In this document: piece by piece, positions 28,769 through 39,035 of the stretch
How the letters are laid out: the number at the start of each line of letters is the position of its first letter
Position numbering within the stretch: position 1 is the stretch's first letter
NCBI GenBank assembly: GCA_047975765.1
Contig: JBKEEF010000004.1
Span: forward strand, 7,960 to 71,959
Direction of reading: 5' to 3'
Source: Alphaproteobacteria bacterium
Lineage (GTDB): Bacteria; Pseudomonadota; Alphaproteobacteria; RF32; CAG-239
DNA: 64,000 nucleotides
The notes under the pieces: model-generated
What the model saw: only the letters and a program-made list of their open reading frames with translations
Database searches by the model: none
What the model was told of the DNA's origin: nothing
Program-made: the position numbers and the translations under genes

Positions 28769-29302
28769 TTATACATTAAGCTGTTCAAACAAATGTGAAA
28801 TTTTGTCTCTAGCATATGTTTCAAATTCTTCAAACAAAGAGGAAAATTTGCTGTTTGATTGATAATGTGTTACTTGCCGATGTTTGTCATAATAAGCGGC
28901 TTGTACGACTGCTTCCAATTTATCGAGTTGTTTAACAAATTTTGCTTCTTCAGTTTTTTGTTTTTCAAATTCAATAAAAAGTCCAATCAGTTCCGGTTTT
29001 TGAAGTTTATAAGAAATTTCTTTAACTGCCACCAATTCAGCTTCGTATTTTTCTTTCTCGGAAATATTCTCGTCAGGCGTATGGTCACCAGTGATGATTT
29101 CCACAATATCGTGTATGATAGCCATTTCCAAACAACGAAGTTTGTTTAGGTGAGAAGGACAAAGAAGAATTACTAACATAGCAACACCCCAAGAGTGACT
29201 TGGAATATTTTCAGGATTTTCAATGTTTCTTTTAACCCAACCGCTTCGTTTTAAATCTTTTGCAAGACCAAGAATCTCTGAAATTTCATCAAATTTTTTC
29301 AT
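28769..29302 (-). CDS. HD-domain phosphohydrolase (YfbR/HDDC2-like 5'-deoxynucleotidase)
   Basis: KRSGW, ENIPSHSW, IIHDIVE, GDHTP, EAKFVKQLDKLE. Confidence 0.9.
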   Translation of the reverse strand: MKKFDEISEILGLAKDLKRSGWVKRNIENPENIPSHSWGVAMLVILLCPSHLNKLRCLEMAIIHDIVEIITGDHTPDENISEKEKYEAELVAVKEISYKLQKPELIGLFIEFEKQKTEEAKFVKQLDKLEAVVQAAYYDKHRQVTHYQSNSKFSSLFEEFETYARDKISHLFEQLNV

Positions 29303-29460
29303 AAGGTTTATAATGATTGAGTGTTAATAATTTCATTTTCATTATTTTTTTAACACATTTAGACAAAAAAGTAAATAGAGATTAAAATTTTTTTATCTCT
29401 ATTTAATAAATTGTTTGGTATCTTATCTATTTAAGTGCATGTTAATTTATGGAGAAAGAT

Positions 29461-30159
29461 ATGTCAGAAAATAGCGATGTTCAAATCACCAAAGAAAACA
29501 AGGAAGATTTAATATATAAAACAGGCTGGCTTACTGTTCTGCCATTTGGAATTTGGTATGTTTTTCACTATCTTTTCAATGTGGGAGCTTTAAGTTTTTA
29601 TGGGATTGTTTCAGGCTATTCTAATATGAAAGTGGAAGTTGATTTTGTTTCAACACTTTTTATTGGTGGTTTGTTTTTTGCTTGTCTTATTCTCATTTAT
29701 AATTTGATTCAAGAAAAAATTCGTCTTTACAAGCTTCTTGTCATTTCCAGTATGTTTTTTATTGATATTGTCTTATTTTTAATCAGCTGGGTTGTAGGGC
29801 TTTTGGTTGCTATTTGTTTGGGTTTGAGTTTATCATGTTTGCTCAAAAAGAATGTGTTGAGAGGGATGTCTCAATATAGAAAAAATATCATTATCATTAC
29901 CTCTTTTTTAGCTTTATTTGTTTTTTCTTTTGGTTCAGGATATTTTTATTCTAAGAAATATTCAGATTATTACTGTATAGAAAATGAAAATTCAAAAGAC
30001 GAAGGAAAACTTGTCCTTGTTGCTAGGATTATAGAGCATAGTGGTGTTTTTGTGTCTTCCAAAGATATTCATAATAACTTCTTCAATAAAAATAAATACT
30101 ATATCAAAAGTTTGATTGATCAGGAATTTAAACGTTGTGATTTTGATGAAGAAGATTAA
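29461..30159 (+). CDS. Membrane protein, unknown function
   Basis: About five TM segments followed by a soluble C-terminus; GGAG RBS before the ATG at 29461. Confidence 0.7.
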   Translation: MSENSDVQITKENKEDLIYKTGWLTVLPFGIWYVFHYLFNVGALSFYGIVSGYSNMKVEVDFVSTLFIGGLFFACLILIYNLIQEKIRLYKLLVISSMFFIDIVLFLISWVVGLLVAICLGLSLSCLLKKNVLRGMSQYRKNIIIITSFLALFVFSFGSGYFYSKKYSDYYCIENENSKDEGKLVLVARIIEHSGVFVSSKDIHNNFFNKNKYYIKSLIDQEFKRCDFDEED

Positions 30160-30175
30160 GATTTAGCTTTAGTTT

Positions 30176-30631
30176 CTAGACTGGAACCTTGAGAACAACT
30201 TTCAAAACATCTTTTGGAAAAGCAAGAGCAAGTCCAGGTTTGTGTGCTTCTTCAGGGTAAAGAACACAAAAAGTTCCTTCTAACATTTTGAGAAGAGTGC
30301 TTTGCTTTTTATTACCATCATGGTAAAAAAATAGGTCTTTTTCAGCATCATACGGTGCTTCTTCTTTTAGTCCTTCAACAGGGGTAATCTCGATAATTTC
30401 TTCTCCAGATAAAACGCATTGAATATCAATGTATTTTCTGTGAGATTCAAATCTGCACTGCATAGAGTCTTTGGGACGATATTTGCTGACAGAAGCATAG
30501 ACGCCATTTTCAAGTTTATATCTACCTTCTGTGAGATCAGTTCTTTTTAGAAAGTTGAGAATGTCAGGTGTGATAATTTCATATTTGGAAAGGTTTTTTA
30601 AATAGTCATAAATCATTTTTGCTTCTTTCAT
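30176..30631 (-). CDS. YhcH/YjgK/YiaL (NanQ-like) cupin protein
   Basis: FESHRKYIDIQ, YDAEKDL, LYPEEAHKPG, KVVLKV. Confidence 0.9.
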   Translation of the reverse strand: MKEAKMIYDYLKNLSKYEIITPDILNFLKRTDLTEGRYKLENGVYASVSKYRPKDSMQCRFESHRKYIDIQCVLSGEEIIEITPVEGLKEEAPYDAEKDLFFYHDGNKKQSTLLKMLEGTFCVLYPEEAHKPGLALAFPKDVLKVVLKVPV

Positions 30632-30685
30632 AAGTTTTTTGTTGAGTTGATTTAATATCAGAATGTAAAAAGTATCAAGGAGTTT

Positions 30686-32555
30686 TTAGCTTTGGAAGAG
30701 TTTTAATACAGATTGCGCCGCTTGAGATGCTAAAGAAAGAGCATTGATATTAAGTTTCTGTCTGGTTTGTAGCGCGAGAATGTTTGCAGATTCTTCGTTC
30801 ATATCAGCAAGTGTCAGCTCATCCGCGCCGTCTTCTAGCACAACAATCAAGTTTTCTGTGAAGTTTTCTCGGTTTGAGATAATGCCATAATAACTACTTA
30901 AGCCTTCAGAGATTGTGCGAAGCTTTTTAATTGCTGCATCAATGTTGCTGATTGTTTGTTCTGTGTTTTTAGGGAAAATCCAGTCAACTTCTTCTAATCC
31001 AATTCCTCGAGATGTGGCATCTGTTCCTTTGACTTCAATTTTGGAAGAATTTTTTTCATTGAATTGAACGGATAGATTTTGATTGAGGAGTAAATTGACC
31101 CCCTTGTAACTTCCATCAGAAATGAGCATATCATATTGTCTTAGCAACTCATTGTATTGTTTTGAAAATTGGGGTGAAATCACATAGTCATTCGTGATTG
31201 AAAATTCATGCTTCTCTATTTCTTCCATAAGTTTTTCATATGTTATAGTTTGAAGAAGATGCTGCACTAATACCATCTAAATTATCAGTGTTTGCTGTGA
31301 TGTTTATTGCGCTATTTGTGTTATAAACTTTATAGTTATAAGCAGTTGTACTATTTTTGAAACCAATTATGACACCTGATTGAACGTTAATTGATGAGGC
31401 TTCAAGTGCTGTCCAGTCACTGTTAATCATGACTTTGCTTCCTGAAAGGATATCTAAGCCTCCTCTAATGCCTCTTGAAAAAGCACCCGTTGTCTCGATG
31501 TTGATATTTCCTTTGAGACTACCACTATTGACGAAATCAATACCATGAGAAAGAGCTCCTTTTGTTTTAATGTTAATTGTCCCTTGAGAGAATACATTTC
31601 CAAATCTCAGTGCTGAAGATGATGCTCCGTTGGTTTCTATATTTACAATAGCATCTGCAGTTATGTTTAAAGTAGGATGACTGTAATATCCATTATGGTA
31701 AACTCCTTGAATAGAGCCTCCTTTAGATTTGATGTTTATTATACCGCTCAGTTCAAGAGAAGAATTTGTTTTGTTAGCAATAGCTCCAATGTAGTTTAAT
31801 TGGTTATTTGTACGATTACTTGTTAATTCAACACTAACATTATGAAGTTTGACGCCTGTTTTGTTATTGACATATACGGTTGCTATGTCATCACCGGTAT
31901 ATTCAGTTTTCATAGAGACACTTAAATTTTCAAGTGTTGAGTTATTTCCCATAATGACACCACTTTTATACTGTGTTCCCATATCAAAATTTATAGATGA
32001 GGCATTGCTAGCATCAAAGTCTGAGCTGTAGCCATTTTCTTCGAGATATGTTTGAATTCCTGCTAGTTTGACTCCATTTTTAATAGTTAATGAATCATCT
32101 CCCATGTCAATGTTTCCAAATAGATAAATTGTATCACCAGAGTTTGCGGAAGCAAGTTTGGAGATAAGGGATGCTTTGTCTGTAGCAATATGTTGCATAT
32201 TGATTTCGTTATCTGTAAACCATTTTTCAGTAATTTGAGTTTTATCAATTGTACTTTGAAGAGATGCAGTTGCAATAGATTTCATTTGTTGCAAAATTTT
32301 GCTACCGCTTTCAAGGGTTTTAGAGGAAGTTTCAATTGTTTTAGAACCTTGTTCCATGGCATCGAGAAGCTCTGATAAATCTGAAGCCCGATTATTTAGG
32401 TTTGCTGCTGTAAAATAAGCTGAAGGATTACTTATAGCCGTGGAAACTTTTAGTCCTGTTGAAAGTTTGTTTTGAGTAATAGAAAATAAGTCTGTTGTTT
32501 TCTTATTTGCCAACAGATTATTGCGCATTGCCGATGTCAAAACGATATTACTTAT
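30686..32555 (-). pseudogene. Flagellin (alphaproteobacterial type) with a large beta-rich insert; ATA at the start position and a frameshift near 31236-31276
   Basis: N-term (I)SNIVLTSAMRNNLL...QNKLSTGLKV...NRASDL; C-term DGSYKGVNLL...LADMNEESANILALQTRQKL...QAAQSVLKLF in another frame; AAGGAG precedes ATA at 32555. Confidence 0.8.
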
Positions 32556-32778
32556 CTAGTTCTCCTTAGTTCCTTGTTATAATAATATTTTATTCTATTA
32601 TAAGTATAGCATATTTTCATAAAAATAAAGCATAGTTATGAGTTTTGAGATGCTTTTGTATTGGTTTAAAAAATAATCTCAAAAATAATTACTTCTTTAT
32701 ATGTTGACAAATAAAAAATAGAATATATATTGAAAAGTTCGAAACAAATTATTATTAACTTATTAAAACATTAAATTT

Positions 32779-32934
32779 ATGACAAACAAAACGTTCAGTA
32801 GAATTGTATGTGGTTTTTTTGTTGTCTTGTTTCTTCTTGCTTGGATAATAGCATTTAGTGGGAATAAAACAAGCTTAACATCTAATAAAGTGAGCAATTT
32901 TTCTGCAGAAAATGATTTAGTTCATCGTCCTTGA
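32779..32934 (+). CDS. Small single-TM protein (51 aa), below the ORF-track cutoff; SD-less conserved leader
   Basis: MTNKTFSRIVCGFFVVLFLLAWIIAFSGNKTSLTSNKVSNFSAENDLVHRP; promoter TTGACA-N16-TATATT upstream, terminator downstream. Confidence 0.7.
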   Translation: MTNKTFSRIVCGFFVVLFLLAWIIAFSGNKTSLTSNKVSNFSAENDLVHRP

Positions 32935-32958
32935 AAAAGTTTTTTATCTAAAACTTTT

Positions 32959-32990
32959 ACTTTGAATCCTTTCGGATTCAAAGTTTTTTT
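32959..32990 (+). terminator. Intrinsic terminator
   Basis: ACTTTGAATCC-TTTC-GGATTCAAAGT followed by a T run. Confidence 0.85.
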
Positions 32991-33056
32991 GTTTTTAAAT
33001 GTAGTGAAAATATGTTTTTTATGTTATCTTCATTATCAAGTTTAGGGGATAAGTAT

Positions 33057-33626
33057 ATGTCAAATTCTAATTTAAAACACAATCCTTGTGTTCTATGTCT
33101 GCTTGAGAAGGGAAATCAAATTTTGATGATAAAAAATTTGAGAGGTGTTCAACAAGGTTTTTATAGCTTTCCTGGGGGCAAACTTGAAGAAGGTGAAAGT
33201 CTTTCAGATTGTGTTTATCGCGAAGTTAAAGAAGAAACAGGATATTCTCTCAAAAAAGCTACTTGTTTGGGAAGGTTTGACATTGAGGATATTAAAAATG
33301 CAGAAAATCCGGACAGGTTTTCTGTGTCTGATAATACACATATTTACGTTTTTATTTCTAAAGAATTTTCAGGAGAACTTCGCCCAGCAGAAGGAGAAGT
33401 TGAAGCTTTTTGGATTGATAAAGATAAAATTCCTTATGAAAAAATGCGAGACAATGATAAAGCATGGCTTCCACAAGCTTTGTTGGAAGAAAAGTTTCAT
33501 AAACGTTTTTTGAAAAACAAAGAAGGAAAACTTGAACTGATTGAGCATGATGATAAAGATGTTGAAGGCTTGTTGAATGTGCGTCTTAAACAATATGAAA
33601 TGATGAGAAATTTAAAATCCAGATAA
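33057..33626 (+). CDS. NUDIX hydrolase (MutT/8-oxo-dGTPase-like)
   Basis: PGGKLEEGESLSDCVYREVKEETG, KIPYEKMRDNDKAWLP. Confidence 0.88.
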   Translation: MSNSNLKHNPCVLCLLEKGNQILMIKNLRGVQQGFYSFPGGKLEEGESLSDCVYREVKEETGYSLKKATCLGRFDIEDIKNAENPDRFSVSDNTHIYVFISKEFSGELRPAEGEVEAFWIDKDKIPYEKMRDNDKAWLPQALLEEKFHKRFLKNKEGKLELIEHDDKDVEGLLNVRLKQYEMMRNLKSR

Positions 33627-33782
33627 GTTTTTCGGTCGTAAAGTTATTTATTTAAAAATAAAAAAGGTGCCCAATTTTGAAAGCACCTTTTTTTGAAATC
33701 TTTTAGTCAAGGTTTAGCCTATAAGATTTTGTTTAATTTCATAGGCTAAAGTTGACATTTTTAACTCGAACCACACTTTGGT

Positions 33783-35093
33783 TTAATGCAAAGTTGGGGA
33801 CCAAGCAGGATCTGAAGCATCAGAAGGTGTGAGAACTTGTCTCTCATTATACCCCGTCACGTCAATCGTATAAAGCTTGACTGAAGAACTACGGAATCTT
33901 CCTCCTTTTTCTTGTCTAAAGAACATAAGGACACGTCCATTTGGAGACCAAACCGGAGCTTCTACTAAGTAGCCACTGGCGATTTGTCTCTCTCCTGAAC
34001 CATCAGGATACATAACACCAATGAAGAATTGACCTCCAGCCATCTTTGTGAAGGCAATGTAATCTCCACGAGGAGACCATCTCGGTGTTGCATAACGTCC
34101 ATTTCCAAAACTGATTCTTCGAACATTGCTGCCATCAGCATCCATGATATATAGTTGTTGATTACCGCCGCGATCGGAATTGAATACAATCTTTGAGCCA
34201 TCTGGTGAATAGCTTGGAGATGTATCAATGGCAGGACTGTTCGTCAGTTGTTTGATTCTTTTTGTTCTCAAATCCATTTCGTATATATTAGTTCTTCCCT
34301 TGTTGGCGTAGCTTAACAGGAGTTTATTACCATCAGGAGAAAAGACTGGTGCAAAAGTCATGCCTGGAAATTGTCCGACAAGCTCTTGACGACCAGTTTC
34401 AATGTCCAAAAGATATACTTTTGGAGTTGAACCTGCATAAGACATATATGTAATTTTTTGCATACTAGGAGAAAAACGAGGTGTCAAAGCCATAGCTGAT
34501 CCTGATGTGAGGTACTTATGGTTTTCACCGTCTTGGTCCATAATTGCAAGTCTTTTAACTCTTTTTGTTGCTGCACCACTTTCTGCAACATACACGATTC
34601 TTGTATCGAAATAGCCTTTTTCACCAGTCAATCTTTCATAAATTGCATCAGCGATAATATGAGCTACTCTTCTCCAGTTGTTTTTTGGAGTTGTGAAAGT
34701 TTGAGCGAAAAGTTCTTTGCCGGCAGGGATATCCCAGAGGCGAATATTGACACGATAGCTACCGCCTGTTTCTGAAATTGATCCCTGAATGAGCGCATGA
34801 ACTTTAATTGCACGCCAGTCAACGAAGTTTGGCTGCTCATTAATATTGGAAAATGTTTGGATGTAGCTGTCTTCATTTACTTTTCTGAATAAGCCAGAGC
34901 GTTCCAAATCGGCAACAACGACGTCTCTAATTTTATCACCTTGCATGCCAAGAAGAAAACCTTCTTTAGGCATTGAAGGAAAAGCTATCGGCATTGGTTC
35001 ACTTTGAGCGCCGACAACATCAATGGTAAGTTCTGCTTTACTTATTGTTGGTATCAAACAAAGTAAAAGTGTCAGAATATATTTTATTTTCAT
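33783..35093 (-). CDS. tolB: Tol-Pal beta-propeller protein TolB
   Basis: [53 protein letters not shown]40 repeats, ASDPAWSP. Confidence 0.96.
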   Translation of the reverse strand: MKIKYILTLLLCLIPTISKAELTIDVVGAQSEPMPIAFPSMPKEGFLLGMQGDKIRDVVVADLERSGLFRKVNEDSYIQTFSNINEQPNFVDWRAIKVHALIQGSISETGGSYRVNIRLWDIPAGKELFAQTFTTPKNNWRRVAHIIADAIYERLTGEKGYFDTRIVYVAESGAATKRVKRLAIMDQDGENHKYLTSGSAMALTPRFSPSMQKITYMSYAGSTPKVYLLDIETGRQELVGQFPGMTFAPVFSPDGNKLLLSYANKGRTNIYEMDLRTKRIKQLTNSPAIDTSPSYSPDGSKIVFNSDRGGNQQLYIMDADGSNVRRISFGNGRYATPRWSPRGDYIAFTKMAGGQFFIGVMYPDGSGERQIASGYLVEAPVWSPNGRVLMFFRQEKGGRFRSSSVKLYTIDVTGYNERQVLTPSDASDPAWSPTLH

Positions 35094-35202
35094 TTTGGTT
35101 TTATCCTTAAAAAAGAATCCACGAGTTATAGAAAATCATATAGAAAAAGTATTAAAAATAGATTAGTGTTTAGGAAAATGGACATGAAAGGAAATAAAAA
35201 TT

Positions 35203-35661
35203 TTGGAAATTTTGGAATTTAAAGAAAGTTTGAAAAAACATAGTGCCATATTAGGTTTTGATTATGGCTCAAAGAGACTAGGTGTTGCAGTTTCAGATTT
35301 GCTCAGAATTATTGCGACGTCTTACAAAACAATTTATCGAAATGATTTTGAAAAAGACATTCAAGAAATTAAAAAAATTATTGAAGAAAAAGAAATTGGA
35401 GGAATCGTTTATGGTCTCCCACTTCAGATGAATGGTGAAGAGGGAGATATTGCAAAAGAAGTTCGTGCTTTTGCCGAGAAAATTTATGAAGCAACAAATC
35501 TACCCTATGCTTTTTGGGATGAGCGACTTTCTTCTTCTGCTATGGAGAATTTCTTGATTAAAGAAGTGGATATGAACCGCAAACGTCGTAAAGAGGTTTT
35601 AGATTCTTCAGCAGCCTCTTTTATCTTGCAAGGTTTTTTAGATAGACTAAGTTTTATTTAG
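35203..35661 (+). CDS. ruvX: YqgF/RuvX pre-16S rRNA nuclease
   Basis: LGFDYGSKRLGVAVSD, GLPLQMNG, WDERLSS, DSSAASFILQGFLD. Confidence 0.93.
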   Translation: MEILEFKESLKKHSAILGFDYGSKRLGVAVSDLLRIIATSYKTIYRNDFEKDIQEIKKIIEEKEIGGIVYGLPLQMNGEEGDIAKEVRAFAEKIYEATNLPYAFWDERLSSSAMENFLIKEVDMNRKRRKEVLDSSAASFILQGFLDRLSFI

Positions 35662-36385
35662 TAAATGTATATTGATAAGCAACTGCTTTTAGGGTTTTGA
35701 TAAAATCATTTCCCTTAAGCAGTTCTTTTTTACCTGTAGGATAAACATTATCTATAAGATGCGTTACATTCTGTTCAATTGCAATTTCCTTAGGCATGAA
35801 TCTTCGGCGAAAAGCATAAGCAGAAGCAATTGTTGATTCCTCATCTCTGGTATCATAGCCAATGATTTCAAGAAGCTCAGAGACATCTTCATCAAAAATG
35901 TTTTCAGAATCCTTTAGGTTATACCATAATCCCAATCTTTCATTAGCCAATTTTTGCCAAGGAAAAGTAATTCCAGGGTCTGGTTTACGAAGTGGCGCAA
36001 TGTCTGAATGAGCCACAATATTTTGAGGCTTAATATGATATTTTTTTATGAGTTCTTTAAGAAGTTCGGACAGGACTTCAATCTGTTTTTCGGAATATGC
36101 TGTTTGTCCTAAAGTTTCATTTGAAAGTTCAATTCCAATAGAACGGTCATTGATATTTGTTTTTTCATTCCAGAAACTGATGCCGGCATGCCAAGCTTTT
36201 TTGTCTTCTTCAATGGTTTGAATGAGTTCTCCCTCATAGCCGATGATGTAGTGTGAACTCAATTTTCTTTCATCAAGGACATCAATCATTTCTTTGCTGT
36301 TTAATGCTGAACAATGAAGGACAATCATGTCTATTTGAGAATTTCTTTCGCTGAAATGAGAAAGAGGATGTTTTATAATTTTCAT
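35654..36385 (-). CDS. N-acetylmuramoyl-L-alanine amidase (Amidase_2, AmpD/AmiD-like)
   Basis: IVLHC, SSHY, AWHAGISFW, SIGIEL, AHSDIAPLRKPDPG. Confidence 0.92.
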   Translation of the reverse strand: MKIIKHPLSHFSERNSQIDMIVLHCSALNSKEMIDVLDERKLSSHYIIGYEGELIQTIEEDKKAWHAGISFWNEKTNINDRSIGIELSNETLGQTAYSEKQIEVLSELLKELIKKYHIKPQNIVAHSDIAPLRKPDPGITFPWQKLANERLGLWYNLKDSENIFDEDVSELLEIIGYDTRDEESTIASAYAFRRRFMPKEIAIEQNVTHLIDNVYPTGKKELLKGNDFIKTLKAVAYQYTFTK

Positions 36386-37053
36386 AAAAGTTCTCTTATA
36401 TAATCAATTCTATCGCTACGATTGGCGATGGTGTAGTCAGTAAATAAGCTCTCTGCCAATCTTTTCAATGCTATCTTATCTTTTAAATATTCAAAAAGGA
36501 TTAATGTTTGTCTTTGAATGTTGATTTTATTAGTTTGATTATATGTATTCCAAATATATTGGCTGAATTTTGAAAAAGATTCAGAAGTATCAGATTCAGT
36601 TTTCAATAAGTGTTTCATGGTATTTGAAAATTTTCCACTATTGTAAAATATGTCAAAATATCTGGCAAAGCGTTTTAAGTCTTGAAGCTCAAGATAGTTG
36701 AGATCTTTTGTCTGCATCACTTCATAAGGAGGGTGTTTGGAATAAATCATCTTGCAATCGGTTGTGTGGCGATCAATTGGAGCACCACGGAGTCTTTTTA
36801 AAATGCCAATTTGAAGTTCTTGAGGATCACTTTGCATAATTTTATTGAAGTCATCTTTGAAGGTTTCAAGTGTAGCATAAGGAAGTCCAACAACTAAATC
36901 GGAATGGATAATTGCTCCGGTTTCTTTAGTGATAAACTCTAAATTTTTGAGTGTCTTTTCTTCATTTTGGGAGCGAGAAATGGCTTTGAGATATCTCAGG
37001 CCAAAAGAAGTATGTGAGTAGCGGGCATTGATGGTTGAAAGCAAAATTTTCAT
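36382..37053 (-). pseudogene. Internally deleted B12-binding radical SAM (DUF4080-type) protein
   Basis: Family N-terminus MKILLSTINARYSHTSFGLRYLKA joined in frame to the late barrel (ISR.Q...HSDLVVGLP...LQIGILKRLRG...PPYEV...YNSGKF); no CxxxCxxC. Confidence 0.7.
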
Positions 37054-38216
37054 TTCTGATTTCTTTGTTTCATAATTTGCTGATAGGCTTCGTTGATTTC
37101 TGCCATACGCATATTACTCATTGCAACGTCATATTCACTTCCGCCCTTGGCAATGACTAAGTCAGGATGGTTTGCGGTGGTCAATTCTCGCCAAGCAATA
37201 CGAATGTCGTTGTTGCTGGCAGCATAAGAGACACCCAAGATTTTATAATAGTCTTTATATTCACTATTTGAAGTGTTTTTGATTTCATATCTCTTACGAA
37301 TTGCTTCAAAATTGCCTTCAGGAAGTTCAATGATTTTTGCAATGTTTTTGAGCATATTTAATTCTTCAATGGTAATATTCCCATCTGAAATGCTCAGCTT
37401 GAACAAGTTGTCTATAACGTCTTCTTGTTGATCGAGATCGTCTTTGATGATATTTTTGATTTGCTTAGCATAAGGTTCATATCCTTCAGCATTATCCTGA
37501 GCTTCTTCAAAAATTTTCTTGAGTTTATGGTCATCTGAAGAAATGAAGAAAAGTTTTTTGAAGGTATTAATCTCATTCTTGCTGACAACACCATCTGCTC
37601 TGGAGAGTTTGGCAGCCAAAACGGTCATGGCTTGAATGAACGCCACTTTTTTTGCTTCATTGGAATGAATTGCCATTTTGAGGATGTTGGTACGAGGCCA
37701 TAAGATGTTGAGTGGCTTAATGCGACTAACAAGTCCATGGTCTGAACGAATGAAGTCGATGAAAAATCCAATGATAATTCCTGTGAAAAGAAGGATTTTG
37801 CTATGTAAGCTGTAACCAAGTGTAAACCCTATGATTTTGAAAAGGTTTTGATCAAAAAGCTCCTTGAGTTTACATTTGAAATGTTTGATTTTTTCATTGT
37901 CCTGCATATCAAAAATGATATGTCCAACAATTGCAAATAAAATGGCTGAAATCCATCCAAAAGTGACAAAACCGAGAACTAGTCCCCAGACTTTTCCAAA
38001 AAAATGCGAAATGAATTTGTCATATAAATTGTAATATTTATATGGAAGCATCAGGCGCATATTATCATCCAGATTGTTCAGTTTGTGGAAGAGAAATTTG
38101 AGTATCACTGTTCGGTCAAGCAATATATGTCCAAGACATAATCCCCAAAGAAAACCGGAAATTCCAAAAAGCTTCAAACCGATAATAGAAAATGTTAATT
38201 TACCCAAGGGCGACAT
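37050..38216 (-). CDS. djlA: DjlA-like co-chaperone (TerB + J domain) with repeated membrane anchor
   Basis: AAKLSRADGVVS (TerB), YKILGV...ANHPD...INEAY (J domain). Confidence 0.85.
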   Translation of the reverse strand: MSPLGKLTFSIIGLKLFGISGFLWGLCLGHILLDRTVILKFLFHKLNNLDDNMRLMLPYKYYNLYDKFISHFFGKVWGLVLGFVTFGWISAILFAIVGHIIFDMQDNEKIKHFKCKLKELFDQNLFKIIGFTLGYSLHSKILLFTGIIIGFFIDFIRSDHGLVSRIKPLNILWPRTNILKMAIHSNEAKKVAFIQAMTVLAAKLSRADGVVSKNEINTFKKLFFISSDDHKLKKIFEEAQDNAEGYEPYAKQIKNIIKDDLDQQEDVIDNLFKLSISDGNITIEELNMLKNIAKIIELPEGNFEAIRKRYEIKNTSNSEYKDYYKILGVSYAASNNDIRIAWRELTTANHPDLVIAKGGSEYDVAMSNMRMAEINEAYQQIMKQRNQK

Positions 38217-38282
38217 AAAATCCTCGAAGAATATTTATCAATGGGCAGATTTTACTCTCTTTAAACTTAAAAACAAAGTATT

Positions 38283-39035
38283 TTATAGTTTAATGGTTGA
38301 TAACTGTGTCGGAAAGTCATTTTGTTGCTTAATTTCTTGGTTATGACCACTGCGACGATAACTGAAATAGTTTTTGTCTGTGTAGGTGTCAATGTCAGAA
38401 AAAGTTGTTGATTTGAGAGGGTATTTTTTAAGAACATCCAAAATGAAGCTTTTGCTGTCAAATTTGAATTTGTCTTGAAATGGTTTGAAATATTTGACAA
38501 AGTCTGCATTTTTTTCTGCAAATTGATCAACCATATCTTGTCCAGCATCAAAAGACTTTTCAAGCAAGCAAGGACCAACTGCAGCGGAAATATTTTCTAT
38601 TTTTGCTCCTTTTTCAATCATTAAATTAATTGTGTTTTCAATTACGCCACGTAAAGCTCCACGCCAACCCGCATGAGCTGCTCCGACAATGCCATTTTCC
38701 CAATCAGCAAGTAGGACAGGGGCACAGTCAGCAGTCCTCAGGCAAAGAATGACATTTTTTTTATCTGTAACTAAGCCATCACCAGTCGTTTGGTAAAAAC
38801 CTGTTTCTGTCACATAGTTTGCAATGTTGGAAACACCTTGTCTTTGAAGACACAAATTTTCTTTGGATAAACCCAAGTGTTCACCAATGATTTGATAGTT
38901 TTTGGAAACGTTGTTTTTATCATCCAAACTAAAATCATTTGTATTTAGGCTTGTGTAAGTCCCTGTTGAAACACCACCATTTGAGCCGAAAAACGCGTGT
39001 TTATCTTGAGGTAAATTTTGAGCTTTATATATCAT
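38283..39035 (-). CDS. pgeF: YfiH/PgeF-family protein (purine nucleoside enzyme / peptidoglycan editing factor)
   Basis: GGVS...[33 protein letters not shown]. Confidence 0.92.
   Translation of the reverse strand: MIYKAQNLPQDKHAFFGSNGGVSTGTYTSLNTNDFSLDDKNNVSKNYQIIGEHLGLSKENLCLQRQGVSNIANYVTETGFYQTTGDGLVTDKKNVILCLRTADCAPVLLADWENGIVGAAHAGWRGALRGVIENTINLMIEKGAKIENISAAVGPCLLEKSFDAGQDMVDQFAEKNADFVKYFKPFQDKFKFDSKSFILDVLKKYPLKSTTFSDIDTYTDKNYFSYRRSGHNQEIKQQNDFPTQLSTIKL

Noticed and set aside
26401-33700. Prophage or ICE integrated at tRNA-Glu
   Set aside because: No integrase, phage or conjugation genes, and no distal direct repeat of the tRNA 3' end was found by eye.
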